Below, piece by piece: positions 10,485 through 20,117 of a stretch of DNA of 64,000 nucleotides. How positions within the stretch are numbered: the first letter of the stretch is position 1; each line of letters opens with the position of its first letter. Source of the stretch: Nitrosopumilus sp. (GTDB lineage Archaea; Thermoproteota; Nitrososphaeria; Nitrososphaerales; Nitrosopumilaceae); contig OZ242186.1 in the NCBI GenBank assembly GCA_965205675.1, positions 576,001-640,000 of the forward strand, written 5' to 3'. The translations under genes were made by a program, and so were the position numbers. The notes beneath the pieces are model-generated. The model did not search any database, had not been told where the DNA came from, and was given only the letters and a program-made list of their open reading frames with translations.

Positions 10485-11098
10485 CTAATTCTTGTTCTTC
10501 TTCCTGATATTTTGATTTTTTTTCTAGCAAATAGATTGACTGCTTCAGGATAAATTATGTGTTCTTCTTTTAGAATTTTTCTTGATAGTGATTTTTCTGT
10601 GTCTTTCTCATTAACTTTGACTATTGCTTGAATGATTACGGGTCCTGTATCCATTCCTGCATCCACAAAATGCACCGAACATCCTGAAACTTTGGCTCCA
10701 TAATCTAATGCTTGTTTTTGTGAGTTTAGTCCTGGAAATGCAGGCAACAAAGCTGGATGGATGTTGATTATTCTATTTTTGTATTTTTTTACAAATTCTG
10801 GACTAACAATTCTCATAAATCCTGCAAGACATACCAATCCGTTTTTTGGGGTAACTTTGTATTTTGTTAGAATGGCAATTATTTTTTTATCATATTCTGC
10901 TCTGCTTCCTTTGAATCCTTTACTCTCTACTACCTCTATATTTACTCCTAATTTTTTGGCAATTCTAAGACCTTTGGCATCTTGCTTGCTTGAGATTACC
11001 ACTGCTGGATTAATTGGGATCCTTTTTTTCTTAATTGCCTTTAAGATGGATTCCATGTTGCTCCCGCGACCTGAGATTAGAATTCCTAGATTTAGCAA
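10481..11098 (-). CDS. purN: phosphoribosylglycinamide formyltransferase
   Basis: ISGRGSNM, LAGFMRI, INIHPALLP and HFVDAGMDTGP. Confidence 0.96.
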   Translation of the reverse strand: MLNLGILISGRGSNMESILKAIKKKRIPINPAVVISSKQDAKGLRIAKKLGVNIEVVESKGFKGSRAEYDKKIIAILTKYKVTPKNGLVCLAGFMRIVSPEFVKKYKNRIINIHPALLPAFPGLNSQKQALDYGAKVSGCSVHFVDAGMDTGPVIIQAIVKVNEKDTEKSLSRKILKEEHIIYPEAVNLFARKKIKISGRRTRIS

Positions 11099-11155
11099 CT
11101 AGTCAACACTAAATCAAACCTGTAATTTATATCAAATTCAAATAACTTTTTTTCG

Positions 11156-12139
11156 TTGTCTAGGAAAGTCAGGATGATTAAAAACGGAATTTTATGTGAG
11201 GCTGATGACAAACGAGTACACTTAGATCCAAAAAATGGTGATTCTTCTGGAATTAATTTTGTTTCTCATGCACATTCTGATCACCTCCCATCAAAAAATG
11301 GTGGAACTATTTTGTCTTCTATTGAAACAAATGAAATTGCTAGTTTACGTGGATTTCAAATGGAAAATCATGTGGATTCTTTAGATGATTTTTCTCTAAT
11401 TAACAGTGGTCATATCTTGGGAGCCAAGGGATTACTTTTTGATGATATCTTCTATACTGGGGATATTTGTACTAGAGATAGAGGATTTCTCAAAGGTGCA
11501 AAAATCCCAAAATGTAAAACTTTGATCACCGAATGTACATTTGGGTTGCCTGAATTTATATTTCCTAAACTTGAGGATACTTTGAAACAAGTCAATGAAC
11601 TAATTTCTGAACTTTATGGTAAGGGGATACCTGTTATTCTGATGGGATATCAATTAGGTAAGGCTCAAACAATAACTCAATTCTTTGGTCATTGGGGCCC
11701 ATTATATCTTCATGATTCTGTTAAAGACATGAATCTGCTACATCAAAAATTTGGTGTACCTTTACATGATGGTATTGGACATACAGAGGCTGAAAATAAC
11801 GGTTTACTAGATAAGAAACCTTGGATCATGGTTGCACCTATGTTATCTAGCAAAAACAAGTTTGTTCAAAATATGAAATCAAAATATGGCGCAGTTACAA
11901 TTGGATTCAGTGGATGGGCACAATCTACAAACTTTTCATTTGGACGACGTACTGATTATTCAATTCCTATGAGTGATCATTGTGATTACAATGAACTAAT
12001 TGATATGGTGATAAAATCTGGAGCAGAACAAGTCTACACTATACATGGTTTTGTAGATGAGTTTGCTGAAGATTTGAGACGACGAGGTATAAGTGCACAA
12101 CCATTACTTGAAAATTCTTTAGATGATTTTACTTGGTAA
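11156..12139 (+). CDS. metallo-beta-lactamase/beta-CASP-type nuclease
   Basis: SHAHSDH, GHILG, YTGD, ECTFG, SDH and TIHG motifs. Confidence 0.85.
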   Translation: MSRKVRMIKNGILCEADDKRVHLDPKNGDSSGINFVSHAHSDHLPSKNGGTILSSIETNEIASLRGFQMENHVDSLDDFSLINSGHILGAKGLLFDDIFYTGDICTRDRGFLKGAKIPKCKTLITECTFGLPEFIFPKLEDTLKQVNELISELYGKGIPVILMGYQLGKAQTITQFFGHWGPLYLHDSVKDMNLLHQKFGVPLHDGIGHTEAENNGLLDKKPWIMVAPMLSSKNKFVQNMKSKYGAVTIGFSGWAQSTNFSFGRRTDYSIPMSDHCDYNELIDMVIKSGAEQVYTIHGFVDEFAEDLRRRGISAQPLLENSLDDFTW

Positions 12140-12365
12140 ATTCTAGACAATCACAATTTTCCATCAAGCAAGTTTCTGTGTTTCTGATGTGATCATGTGA
12201 AAAATGTTCACAATTTTCATTTTTACATATTCTCCTCTGAGTTTCTTTTTGAACTACTAATTGAGCTATCTGATTTGCTTTGTCTTTTGAATATTTCTTT
12301 TTATCAATATAGAAATGAACTATTCTGTTGTACAATGTCTCTGGATTGAATTGTTTTTCTAACAA
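12129..12365 (-). CDS. small protein with a C-terminal Cys/His metal-binding motif
   Basis: CKNENCEH..HDH....CLMENCDC. Confidence 0.65.
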   Translation of the reverse strand: MLEKQFNPETLYNRIVHFYIDKKKYSKDKANQIAQLVVQKETQRRICKNENCEHFSHDHIRNTETCLMENCDCLEFTK

Positions 12366-12463
12366 TACTGTCTTCTCCTATTACCTCTTCTAAAACTTGT
12401 TCCATCATGGCAGTCGCATTTACAAGATTCATCATTACAAAATCCATAATTGTTTTTTATCAT
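12359..12463 (-). CDS. possible 34-aa Cys-rich microprotein
   Basis: MIKNNYGFCNDESCKCDCHDGTSFRRGNRRRQYC*; its stop overlaps the start of the next ORF. Confidence 0.35.
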   Translation of the reverse strand: MIKNNYGFCNDESCKCDCHDGTSFRRGNRRRQYC

Positions 12464-12570
12464 ATTCTAACTAGTCATTTATGATATTTGAAGGGCTCTT
12501 CTTTTTGAATAATCATTTGTTTAATTTACATCAAAAAATTAGATATCTTTTAATCACTGTTTGTGAGGAA

Positions 12571-13860
12571 TTATCTCAAAATTACGCCTATATCCATTAG
12601 ATTTGTGTGAGTGGCATTTGTAATGATATTTCCTTTTTGTTTTTGAAAGAATCTCCCTGAATCACTATTCTTAAGAAATTCTTTCATTATATTCAAATCT
12701 ATTTTGATATTTTCTGTAATTGCACCTGCAAATATTGAATTCCCATCAATTCCATCAGTTCCAATTGAAGCAATAGTCATTTTTTTCAATTTTTGAGTAT
12801 TTTTTAGTAATCTTAAAACTAACTCTTGATTTCTACCTCCCATCCCTTTTCCTAGAACTTTGACTGTGGTTTCTCCTCCAAAAATTATACATGTTTTTTC
12901 ATCTTTAGAAATTTTTTCAAGGATTTTACTTACTACTTCTTTGATATCTCCAAAAAGATGCATGGTACTTACAGTATATCCAATCTTCTTAGCTTTTTCT
13001 TGCATAGCTTGTAGGCAGTCATTATTATTTGCAATTACAAAATTTTCAATTTTTGATTTTTTTACCGTTTCTGTAATCTCATTTTTTCTATTCTCTAAAA
13101 GATCTAAAACTTCTTGTGGCATCTTCCAACGAATTTTATATTTGTCTATAATTTCTAAAGCATCTAAATATGTAGTATCATCTATGTATGTAGTTCCTGA
13201 TGCAATGGATGAAAGATCATCTCCTTCCACATCTGACATCACCAAACTTACTCCTTCACACTTCATATTTTCTACTAGTTTTCCTCCTTTGATTTTTGAG
13301 AGATGTTTTCGTATGCAGTTAAATTCTTGAATTGTAGCTCCTGACTTGAGCAATACATCTGTCACATGAACTTTATCTTCTAATGTGATGTCATCAGGCA
13401 TTGCAAGTAATGATGATCCACCTCCCGATACTAGAAAAATTATCAATTCGTCATTTCGTTTATTTTGAACAAATTTCATAACTTCTTTTGCTGCCTTTAC
13501 ACTGGTTTTGTCGGGTCTGGGATGTTTGGAATTGAAAATTTGGAATTTTTTACCTTTGATTATGGATTTTGAGCCTTTGGGTATGACTATGATTCCACTT
13601 TTGATTGGAATAATTGCATTTAGTGTTCTAGTCATGGAATCTCCTGCTTTTCCAAAAGCAACTGTATAGATGCTTGAAAATTTTGAAATATCTAAGGTTT
13701 TATCATTGATTTTGATTTCATTAGGTGTCACAAATTTTGGAATAATATTTTCAGGATTTGCAGCTTGCAATCCTGCCTCTAAAATTTCTAAGCACTCTTT
13801 TTTCTTATCTGTGGTTGCTAAATCCTTAAAATTTTGTATAATCATACTGTCCTTCAACAA
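12571..13860 (-). CDS. glycerate 2-kinase (MOFRL family)
   Basis: FGKA, HPRP, SGGGS, RKHLSKIKGG, GGETTV, GGRNQE, TDGIDG and TNLMD. Confidence 0.92.
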   Translation of the reverse strand: MLKDSMIIQNFKDLATTDKKKECLEILEAGLQAANPENIIPKFVTPNEIKINDKTLDISKFSSIYTVAFGKAGDSMTRTLNAIIPIKSGIIVIPKGSKSIIKGKKFQIFNSKHPRPDKTSVKAAKEVMKFVQNKRNDELIIFLVSGGGSSLLAMPDDITLEDKVHVTDVLLKSGATIQEFNCIRKHLSKIKGGKLVENMKCEGVSLVMSDVEGDDLSSIASGTTYIDDTTYLDALEIIDKYKIRWKMPQEVLDLLENRKNEITETVKKSKIENFVIANNNDCLQAMQEKAKKIGYTVSTMHLFGDIKEVVSKILEKISKDEKTCIIFGGETTVKVLGKGMGGRNQELVLRLLKNTQKLKKMTIASIGTDGIDGNSIFAGAITENIKIDLNIMKEFLKNSDSGRFFQKQKGNIITNATHTNLMDIGVILR

Positions 13861-13914
13861 TGCAAGATATAATAATAATCATGGTCAAAACATGTAATTT
13901 TATATCTCTAATGC

Positions 13915-15009
13915 GTGTCAATATTGATGAGAAAATCCAGGGATGATTTTTTTGAACATATTGATAACAAGGATATTAAAACAATACGTGCATATAATAT
14001 TAGAATAAATGACTTTGAAAATTATTGTTTAGAAAAATATGGAAAAAAGGATATTTTAGATGATTTTCTAGAAAAAGATGATCAGATAGATCTTTTTCAG
14101 AAATGGGTAAATTACAATACAAAAAAGCGAGCTCCTTCAGCAGTTTGGAATTTTGCATCTTCTCTTAGAAAATATACCTATTATAGAGGATGGAAACTAG
14201 CTCGTGGAGATCTTAGCGATCTAATTGAACTTCCTACCAAACCTGAGAAAGAACTGTATGGTTTGACTATCAAAAATATCCACGATATTTTTAGTCAATT
14301 ATCCTTTTCAGATAAATTACTTCATTGTTTTGATGCTGTATCTGGAACAAGGATTGGTGAATCAATGCAGCTTAGAAAAAAACATTTTTTGTTAGATTAT
14401 GATAGAATTGTAGTACGGATTCCGTCACATATTGCAAAATTCAAAAGAGCTAGAACTTCTTTTGTAACAAAAGAGATAGGAACAATACTGTATCCAAAAT
14501 TACGTAGTTTATCTGATGATGATCTAGTGTTTGGTACTAGGCAATTTCATGTTCAAGATAGTCGTGAAACCATAGCTGATGCTGTGCATGTTTCTACAAG
14601 TGTTAAAGAAGACAATCTTAGACGAAAGTTAGAACCTGTAGGTCTTGATATGAGACATGAAGATACAGGAAGGTATTGGATTAATACACATTCATTTAGA
14701 GTCTGGTTCATTACCCAAATGTCCAGACATGATCCTAATCTTGCAAAATTGTTTGCTGGTGAAAAGGGGTACTTGTTACAATACGATAGATTATCCCTTG
14801 AAGAAAAATTAGAAAATTATATAGAGTATGAACCTTCATTATACATTTTTGATCAAACAAAGAATTTAGAAAAAATCCGCAAATTAAAAGATGCAAATAC
14901 AAAACTATCTGATCAGGCAGAAGAAATCAAAGAACTTGCAAAAAGAATAAGACTAGTTGAAGAGGATAAAACAAGACAAGATATTCCAACTTGGAAGAAA
15001 CAGTTTTAA
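13915..15009 (+). CDS. tyrosine recombinase/integrase with a C-terminal coiled coil
   Basis: GTRIGE (R), IAKFKR (K), THSFR (HxxR) and LLQYDR (Y). Confidence 0.88.
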   Translation: MSILMRKSRDDFFEHIDNKDIKTIRAYNIRINDFENYCLEKYGKKDILDDFLEKDDQIDLFQKWVNYNTKKRAPSAVWNFASSLRKYTYYRGWKLARGDLSDLIELPTKPEKELYGLTIKNIHDIFSQLSFSDKLLHCFDAVSGTRIGESMQLRKKHFLLDYDRIVVRIPSHIAKFKRARTSFVTKEIGTILYPKLRSLSDDDLVFGTRQFHVQDSRETIADAVHVSTSVKEDNLRRKLEPVGLDMRHEDTGRYWINTHSFRVWFITQMSRHDPNLAKLFAGEKGYLLQYDRLSLEEKLENYIEYEPSLYIFDQTKNLEKIRKLKDANTKLSDQAEEIKELAKRIRLVEEDKTRQDIPTWKKQF

Positions 15010-15303
15010 TTAATTTTATCAAAAATATTCTCAATAACATCAACTATTATCTTCAAAAGAAAAATGAGCAGTTTTCAGATAATGAAGTTTCAAGATTGAT
15101 TGGTATAGTGAAAGGCGATATTACAAAATAGATTCTAAATTCTTGAAAATTTGTCTGTTAATTTGGTAATGAAGTATGTATTATCCAGACTGTGCAACGA
15201 GTCCAAACAAGTAAGATTTTAACTGGTCTAAATATCTGTCTAGATACTTTGAAGGTATCAAAAAAAGTAGTTGGAGTCGAATATGCTATTAGGGATATTG
15301 TTC

Positions 15304-15663
15304 TATAGCGACGATCAAAAGTTCGTGAACATTTTTGCGGGATTTCTAAAGATATAATTTGCAACATCAAGCTTGAACTTTGTTACTCTAAAATATTTTG
15401 ACACTGCATCATTCATCATTGCAAACATTGCATAATATTCTGAAACCAACAACGCATACTTGCTTATCTTCCAGCATTGTTCTATCATGTTCAAGTACGG
15501 TGATCCTTTTGGTAGCCATATTAGTTTGACATCTCTATTGTTTGCAAGATATTCTTTTACTTTTTTTGATTTGTGAACTGATGCTCGGTCTAGCATGATT
15601 GCAATCTTGCCATATTTCCAGTGTAACTCTTTTAGATATTCTACAAATGTTACAGCATTGAAT
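15304..15663 (-). pseudogene. IS630-family remnant (3' part of transposase plus one terminus), truncated at the IS3 end
   Basis: FNAVTFVEYLKEL..IMLDRASVH..LPKGSPYLNMIEQCW; TATAG terminus at 15304. Confidence 0.85.
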
Positions 15664-15838
15664 TGGTCTGGACCCCTCTAGAGTAGGACCGGTAGCATAC
15701 ATACACTTTTCAGATAACTTGGGAGGCTTACCCTCATGGTAAAGAGCAAGTTCACATCAGCAGAAAAGTCAAGAGTGGTTTTAGAGTCACTAAACACAAA
15801 CATTGCAACTGCAGAGTTGTGCAGAAAGTACAATATTC

Positions 15839-17249
15839 GTAACTGTCTAGAGTTTTGAAGTACTTTCTTTAATATTTTTTATCTATATCTTTTCTGATCA
15901 GTGACAAATTACAATATACAATTGTCAGTATATGATGAGCTGGAATATTATCGTAACAGATGTCACTCGCTGGAGCAAGAAAACCGTCAGTTACGCAAAG
16001 ATATTGAATCACTACACAGAGAAATTGCAGAACTAAAACAAACAGTGTCTACACTTGTTGCAAGAAATATCAAAGCAAAACCAAACAAGACTGAAACTGC
16101 AAAAAAGAAGAAAACATCAAGACATCCTAGAAAAAGCAGAAGCAGACGGGCACACATTGATGATGCCATTACAGTTGACCAAAAAGAGTGCAACACATGT
16201 GGCAAATCACTCTCAGAACCAACTGATTCATACACCAGAATAGTAGAAGACATCATTCCTGCAAAAGCAGTTGTGACAAAATATACGATAGTTAGACGAT
16301 ACTGCACAAACTGCAAAAAACAAATCTCGGGTAACATTCACACTGTACTGTCAAATGAAAGGTTTGGAATTAGGCTCATGGTGCTAATCACATCACTAAA
16401 AACTATCGGATTATCGTATGGTAAAATATCTCATCTTTTGCAGATGCTCTTCTCACTGCACATTACAGAATCTGCAATTAATCATGCAGTATCAATAGTA
16501 TCAAAAGCATTTGGGAGCAGATATGATACAATGATTGTGGAGTTAAAAGAAGATCTAAACATACATGGTGATGAGACAAGTTGGAGGGTAGATGGCCAGA
16601 ACCACTGGTTGTGGGCATTTGTGAGTAAATGGACTGTAATTTACGAGATTGACAAATCACGTTCAATGGATGTTCCCAAGAGAATTCTCAAGGGATATGA
16701 TGGCAACATTACAAGTGATTCGTACCCTGCATGGAACCATGTTGGAAGCACTCACCAGAAATGTCACATCCATTATCTCAGAGAGGTTAATGATACCATT
16801 AATCACAAGAATCCCGGACCAGAATTTGCACCATTTGCCAAGAATCTCAAGAAAATAATTTATGATTCTCATGGTGTGGCAAAAATAAAATCAGAATCAG
16901 AAAGAATCCATGCAAAAAAGAATCTTGAAAGGAGAATTAATCACATCATATCAAAAAAATACACAGAGAAAAACTGTATCAGGTTTGTAAAAAGATTGAA
17001 ACGTGAGAGAAAAATGCTTTTTACATTCCTAATTACTGGAACTGATTCACACAATAACACAGCAGAGAGGGCAATCAGACCAAATGTGATAATTCGTAAA
17101 ATTACAAACGGTCATAGAACCATTCATGGTGCTGATTCTCATAAGATACTGATGAGTATAAAGGAGACATGCAGATTACGAGGATTAAACTTTCATGATT
17201 ATTCTTTAGAATATCTTGGAGATTTTACTTCAAAACTCTAGACAGTTAC
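15839..17249 (+). mobile_element. IS66-family element, single-ORF (ISBst12-like) organisation
   Basis: Perfect 24-bp IRs GTAACTGTCTAGAGTTTTGAAGTA; 8-bp TSD CAATATTC at 15831-15838 and 17250-17257. Confidence 0.96.
15901..17241 (+). CDS. IS66 transposase TnpC
   Basis: Coiled coil, CxxC..CxxC, HGDETSW, TSD, QKCHIH..R and NNTAERAIR. Confidence 0.95.
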   Translation: MTNYNIQLSVYDELEYYRNRCHSLEQENRQLRKDIESLHREIAELKQTVSTLVARNIKAKPNKTETAKKKKTSRHPRKSRSRRAHIDDAITVDQKECNTCGKSLSEPTDSYTRIVEDIIPAKAVVTKYTIVRRYCTNCKKQISGNIHTVLSNERFGIRLMVLITSLKTIGLSYGKISHLLQMLFSLHITESAINHAVSIVSKAFGSRYDTMIVELKEDLNIHGDETSWRVDGQNHWLWAFVSKWTVIYEIDKSRSMDVPKRILKGYDGNITSDSYPAWNHVGSTHQKCHIHYLREVNDTINHKNPGPEFAPFAKNLKKIIYDSHGVAKIKSESERIHAKKNLERRINHIISKKYTEKNCIRFVKRLKRERKMLFTFLITGTDSHNNTAERAIRPNVIIRKITNGHRTIHGADSHKILMSIKETCRLRGLNFHDYSLEYLGDFTSKL

Positions 17250-18526
17250 CAATATTCATCCACAGACATTCTGCCAATGGAGGGAACGATTTGTAGAAGG
17301 TGGCAAGGCATCATTAAATGGCACACCAAACGGAGATGTCTGCAAGAATCTGCAAAAGGAAAATGATTCCCTCAAAAAACTAATCGGCGAGATCACAATT
17401 GCCAATGACATTTTAAAAAAAACGTTGGAGAACCAGAAAAGATGACTGCAGTGAATCAACTGAACAAACACATCAGTTTGAACAAGTCATTGTTATTAAT
17501 TGGAGTCTCAAAATGCAAATGGTATTACTCAAAGTCACCAAGAAGGATTCAGACAGATCCTGCAGTAACTGATGTAGTTCAAAAGATTGGAAAACAAAGG
17601 CCAACTTATGGAACCAGACGCATGGCATCCCAAGTCTCAAGAGAACTTGGATTGTCTGTAAATAGAAAGCAAATTCACAGAATTTTCCACAAACTAGGCT
17701 GGATTGAGCCTAAAAAGACCAAAAACGATATCATAAAATCTGCCAGAGAGCTCTTCAAAGCATCCAATCCAAATCAGTTGTGACCGACATTACATATGTC
17801 TGGTGCGGAGTAGATGGCTGGTGCTACTGCTTTAACGTGATTGATGCATTTAGCAGAAAATGGATTTGGCATTCATTTGATGTGGCAGCTCCCAAAAATA
17901 CTGCATTTGACAATGTGGTTAATGCAGTAGCTACTGCAAAGCCTGACTGTTCCAAACTGATTCTCAGAACTGACAACGGTTCGCAATACAACAGCCGAGA
18001 TTTCAGAAAAGCAGTTGTTCTACTTGGAATAAGACACGAATTCATCTGGGCACCACACACCAGAACAAAACGGCCATGTCGAATCATTCCATAAAACGCT
18101 CAAGAAGGAATATGTCTGGCCACACGAGTTTGCAAACTATCAGGAAGCTGAAGTTGCTCTAGAAAAAGCACGAATAAATTACAATGGTTCCAGGACTCAT
18201 TCTGCATTGGGATATCTTACACCTGATGAGTTTATGGAGTTGTGGGAGATGAAAACATGAATGAATCAGACTGTATGTAAGATTATGCAAAAAGTGGTAC
18301 TAAAAACAGGGGTCCACTCCAACAATGTTCAAAGAAACATGAAGATTGTAGGATACCACATACGAGAAGATGGTTCAATACAAGAGATCATAGCGCCAGA
18401 CCATGGTAGAACTTTCCGTTAGATCCTCTGAAGAGAAGATAGAGATTAGGCGTAAAAGTCACAAATCCGTTAAATAAAAAATGTGAAACCCCGAGATTAA
18501 ATAGGGGTTTACATGCCTGATTTCCA

Positions 18527-19585
18527 ATGATGAAAAATAACAAAATAATGACTTTAAGAAACGCAAAGACTATTTTGTTTGCAGGAATAATTGGTATGAT
18601 GATTCTGCCATTTAGTACGATTGATTTTGCAGATGCTCAGAATGTCCCAGGAGAGGAAGATTTTACAGATGAGATTGGACCAGTTGGAAAAGTAAATGAA
18701 ATACATCCTAGATCATGGGCAAATACTACAGAAATGATAGAAAACCATGAAAACTATGTGCGATTTATGACACATGAAATGCAGGATAACTTCTTTAACA
18801 ATGAACAAAAAGAAGCCAGTATTATTGCATATAATATTGAGACAGAGATCGGTAAAGATGTTAACGCATATGAACTTGTTTCATTAAATGCAAAACTGCA
18901 AATCATAAATGATACATACAATCCAACAGAATCTGAACGAAAACTACATGAATGGATATTTGTATTGTATGATCTTCCAGAAAAAAAATCAGAAATTAAA
19001 CAAAGAATAGTGTTCATAACAAACAACGCTGATTCAAAAACTGTAAATGAATTGATGTCGGCCATAAACAGATTAATCAATATTGGCGCAGTTACTTATG
19101 AAATATCAGATATGGATCCTGATTACTGGTTTGGACTTGGTGCAAAAGCCACCTGTGAACATGATCCAAACTGCGATATGTCAATATTACAAGGATTTAA
19201 TGAATGGGAGGAACCTCAATTAGTTCCCGTAACAAACTATGGGTTTCATTGGGGATATATTTCAGTCGATTATAGATCATGCCAAGGAGATATGGATCAA
19301 TGTAGAAAATCTCATCACCAATCTGGTACAGGTATTATCTCTGAAAATTTTAATAGTCCTGAACATGTAATTAGTAGAAATATTCACTTGTACATGAATG
19401 CATCTGGAATGTCCGACTCAATTGCAGTTGTAACTGGCCAAGTAATAGAACCATTAGAAGGAAATCCACTTACTGGTTATGATACAGATAGCTATGTTAT
19501 AAAACAGGGATATGTTTCTAATCCAAATGCACGCGCCGCAACATATATCGAGGTAGGTTTTACAAGTTATGCTTACACTCGTTAA
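18527..19585 (+). CDS. secreted hypothetical protein (island cargo)
   Basis: Signal peptide KTILFAGIIGMMILPFSTIDFADA; paired Cys; no recognisable domain. Confidence 0.75.
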   Translation: MMKNNKIMTLRNAKTILFAGIIGMMILPFSTIDFADAQNVPGEEDFTDEIGPVGKVNEIHPRSWANTTEMIENHENYVRFMTHEMQDNFFNNEQKEASIIAYNIETEIGKDVNAYELVSLNAKLQIINDTYNPTESERKLHEWIFVLYDLPEKKSEIKQRIVFITNNADSKTVNELMSAINRLINIGAVTYEISDMDPDYWFGLGAKATCEHDPNCDMSILQGFNEWEEPQLVPVTNYGFHWGYISVDYRSCQGDMDQCRKSHHQSGTGIISENFNSPEHVISRNIHLYMNASGMSDSIAVVTGQVIEPLEGNPLTGYDTDSYVIKQGYVSNPNARAATYIEVGFTSYAYTR

Positions 19586-19764
19586 TTTTTTTATTAAAAT
19601 GAGATTTATACTAGACACTGAAAAATATACTGTCAACTTATCCTAAAATCCTACAATACATCAAAAACGATGCAATGTTGAGTTATCCAAAATAGTTTCA
19701 GATAAATCAGTACTTGGGAAAGTAACTCAATTGTGTGTGTTTAGGTCGTGCCTAGATATATCGA

Positions 19765-19968
19765 ATAGTATCTGATGAAAAAGAATTTTTGCAATCCCCT
19801 GAAGAAGTAGAACAATACATTCAGTTTGCAAATTGTATCAAATGTGGATTATGTAACTCTGCATGTCCTACCATGGCTACTGATTCTTCATTTGTTGGCC
19901 CTCAAGCACTGGCTCAAGCATATCGATATGTTGCTGATAGTAGAGATAAAGGAAAAGATTCTAGATGA
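19765..19968 (+). pseudogene. sdhB: internal fragment of succinate dehydrogenase Fe-S subunit
   Basis: IVSDEKEFLQSPEEVEQYIQFANCIKCGLCNSACPTMATDSSFVGPQALAQAYRYVADSRDKGKDSR*; no start codon, no 2Fe-2S domain and no final Cys cluster. Confidence 0.88.
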
Positions 19969-20117
19969 TGGATTCAGAGATAATAAGTTTAAATGAACAC
20001 AAAAATTTGTTTTTAGCCCTTTAATTCTATTAAATGTTGTAATCTGATGATTCTTTTAAAAAATAACCAAGGTTTTGACGTTATACATATAATAATAATC
20101 GATGATGTTGTTGATTT

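Larger units (their letters stand above)
15664..18321 (+). mobile_element. IS3-family element, copy 1 (inactivated by IS66 in orfA and frameshifts in orfB)
   Basis: Ends TGGTCTGGACCCCT and AGGGGTCCACTCCA; closely matches 57466-58707; orfB has a 4-nt deletion near 17780 and an extra base near 18050. Confidence 0.93.
13867..20100. mobile_element. putative integrated element bounded by the 14-bp direct repeat ATATAATAATAATC
   Basis: Repeat copies at 13867-13880 and 20087-20100; an integrase lies just inside the left copy and core genes lie outside both. Confidence 0.55.

Noticed and set aside
13865-13910. AGATATAA...TTATATCT as an archaeal dif/Xer site
   Set aside because: The spacer is about 25 nt rather than 6. 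Divergent TATA boxes explain it better.
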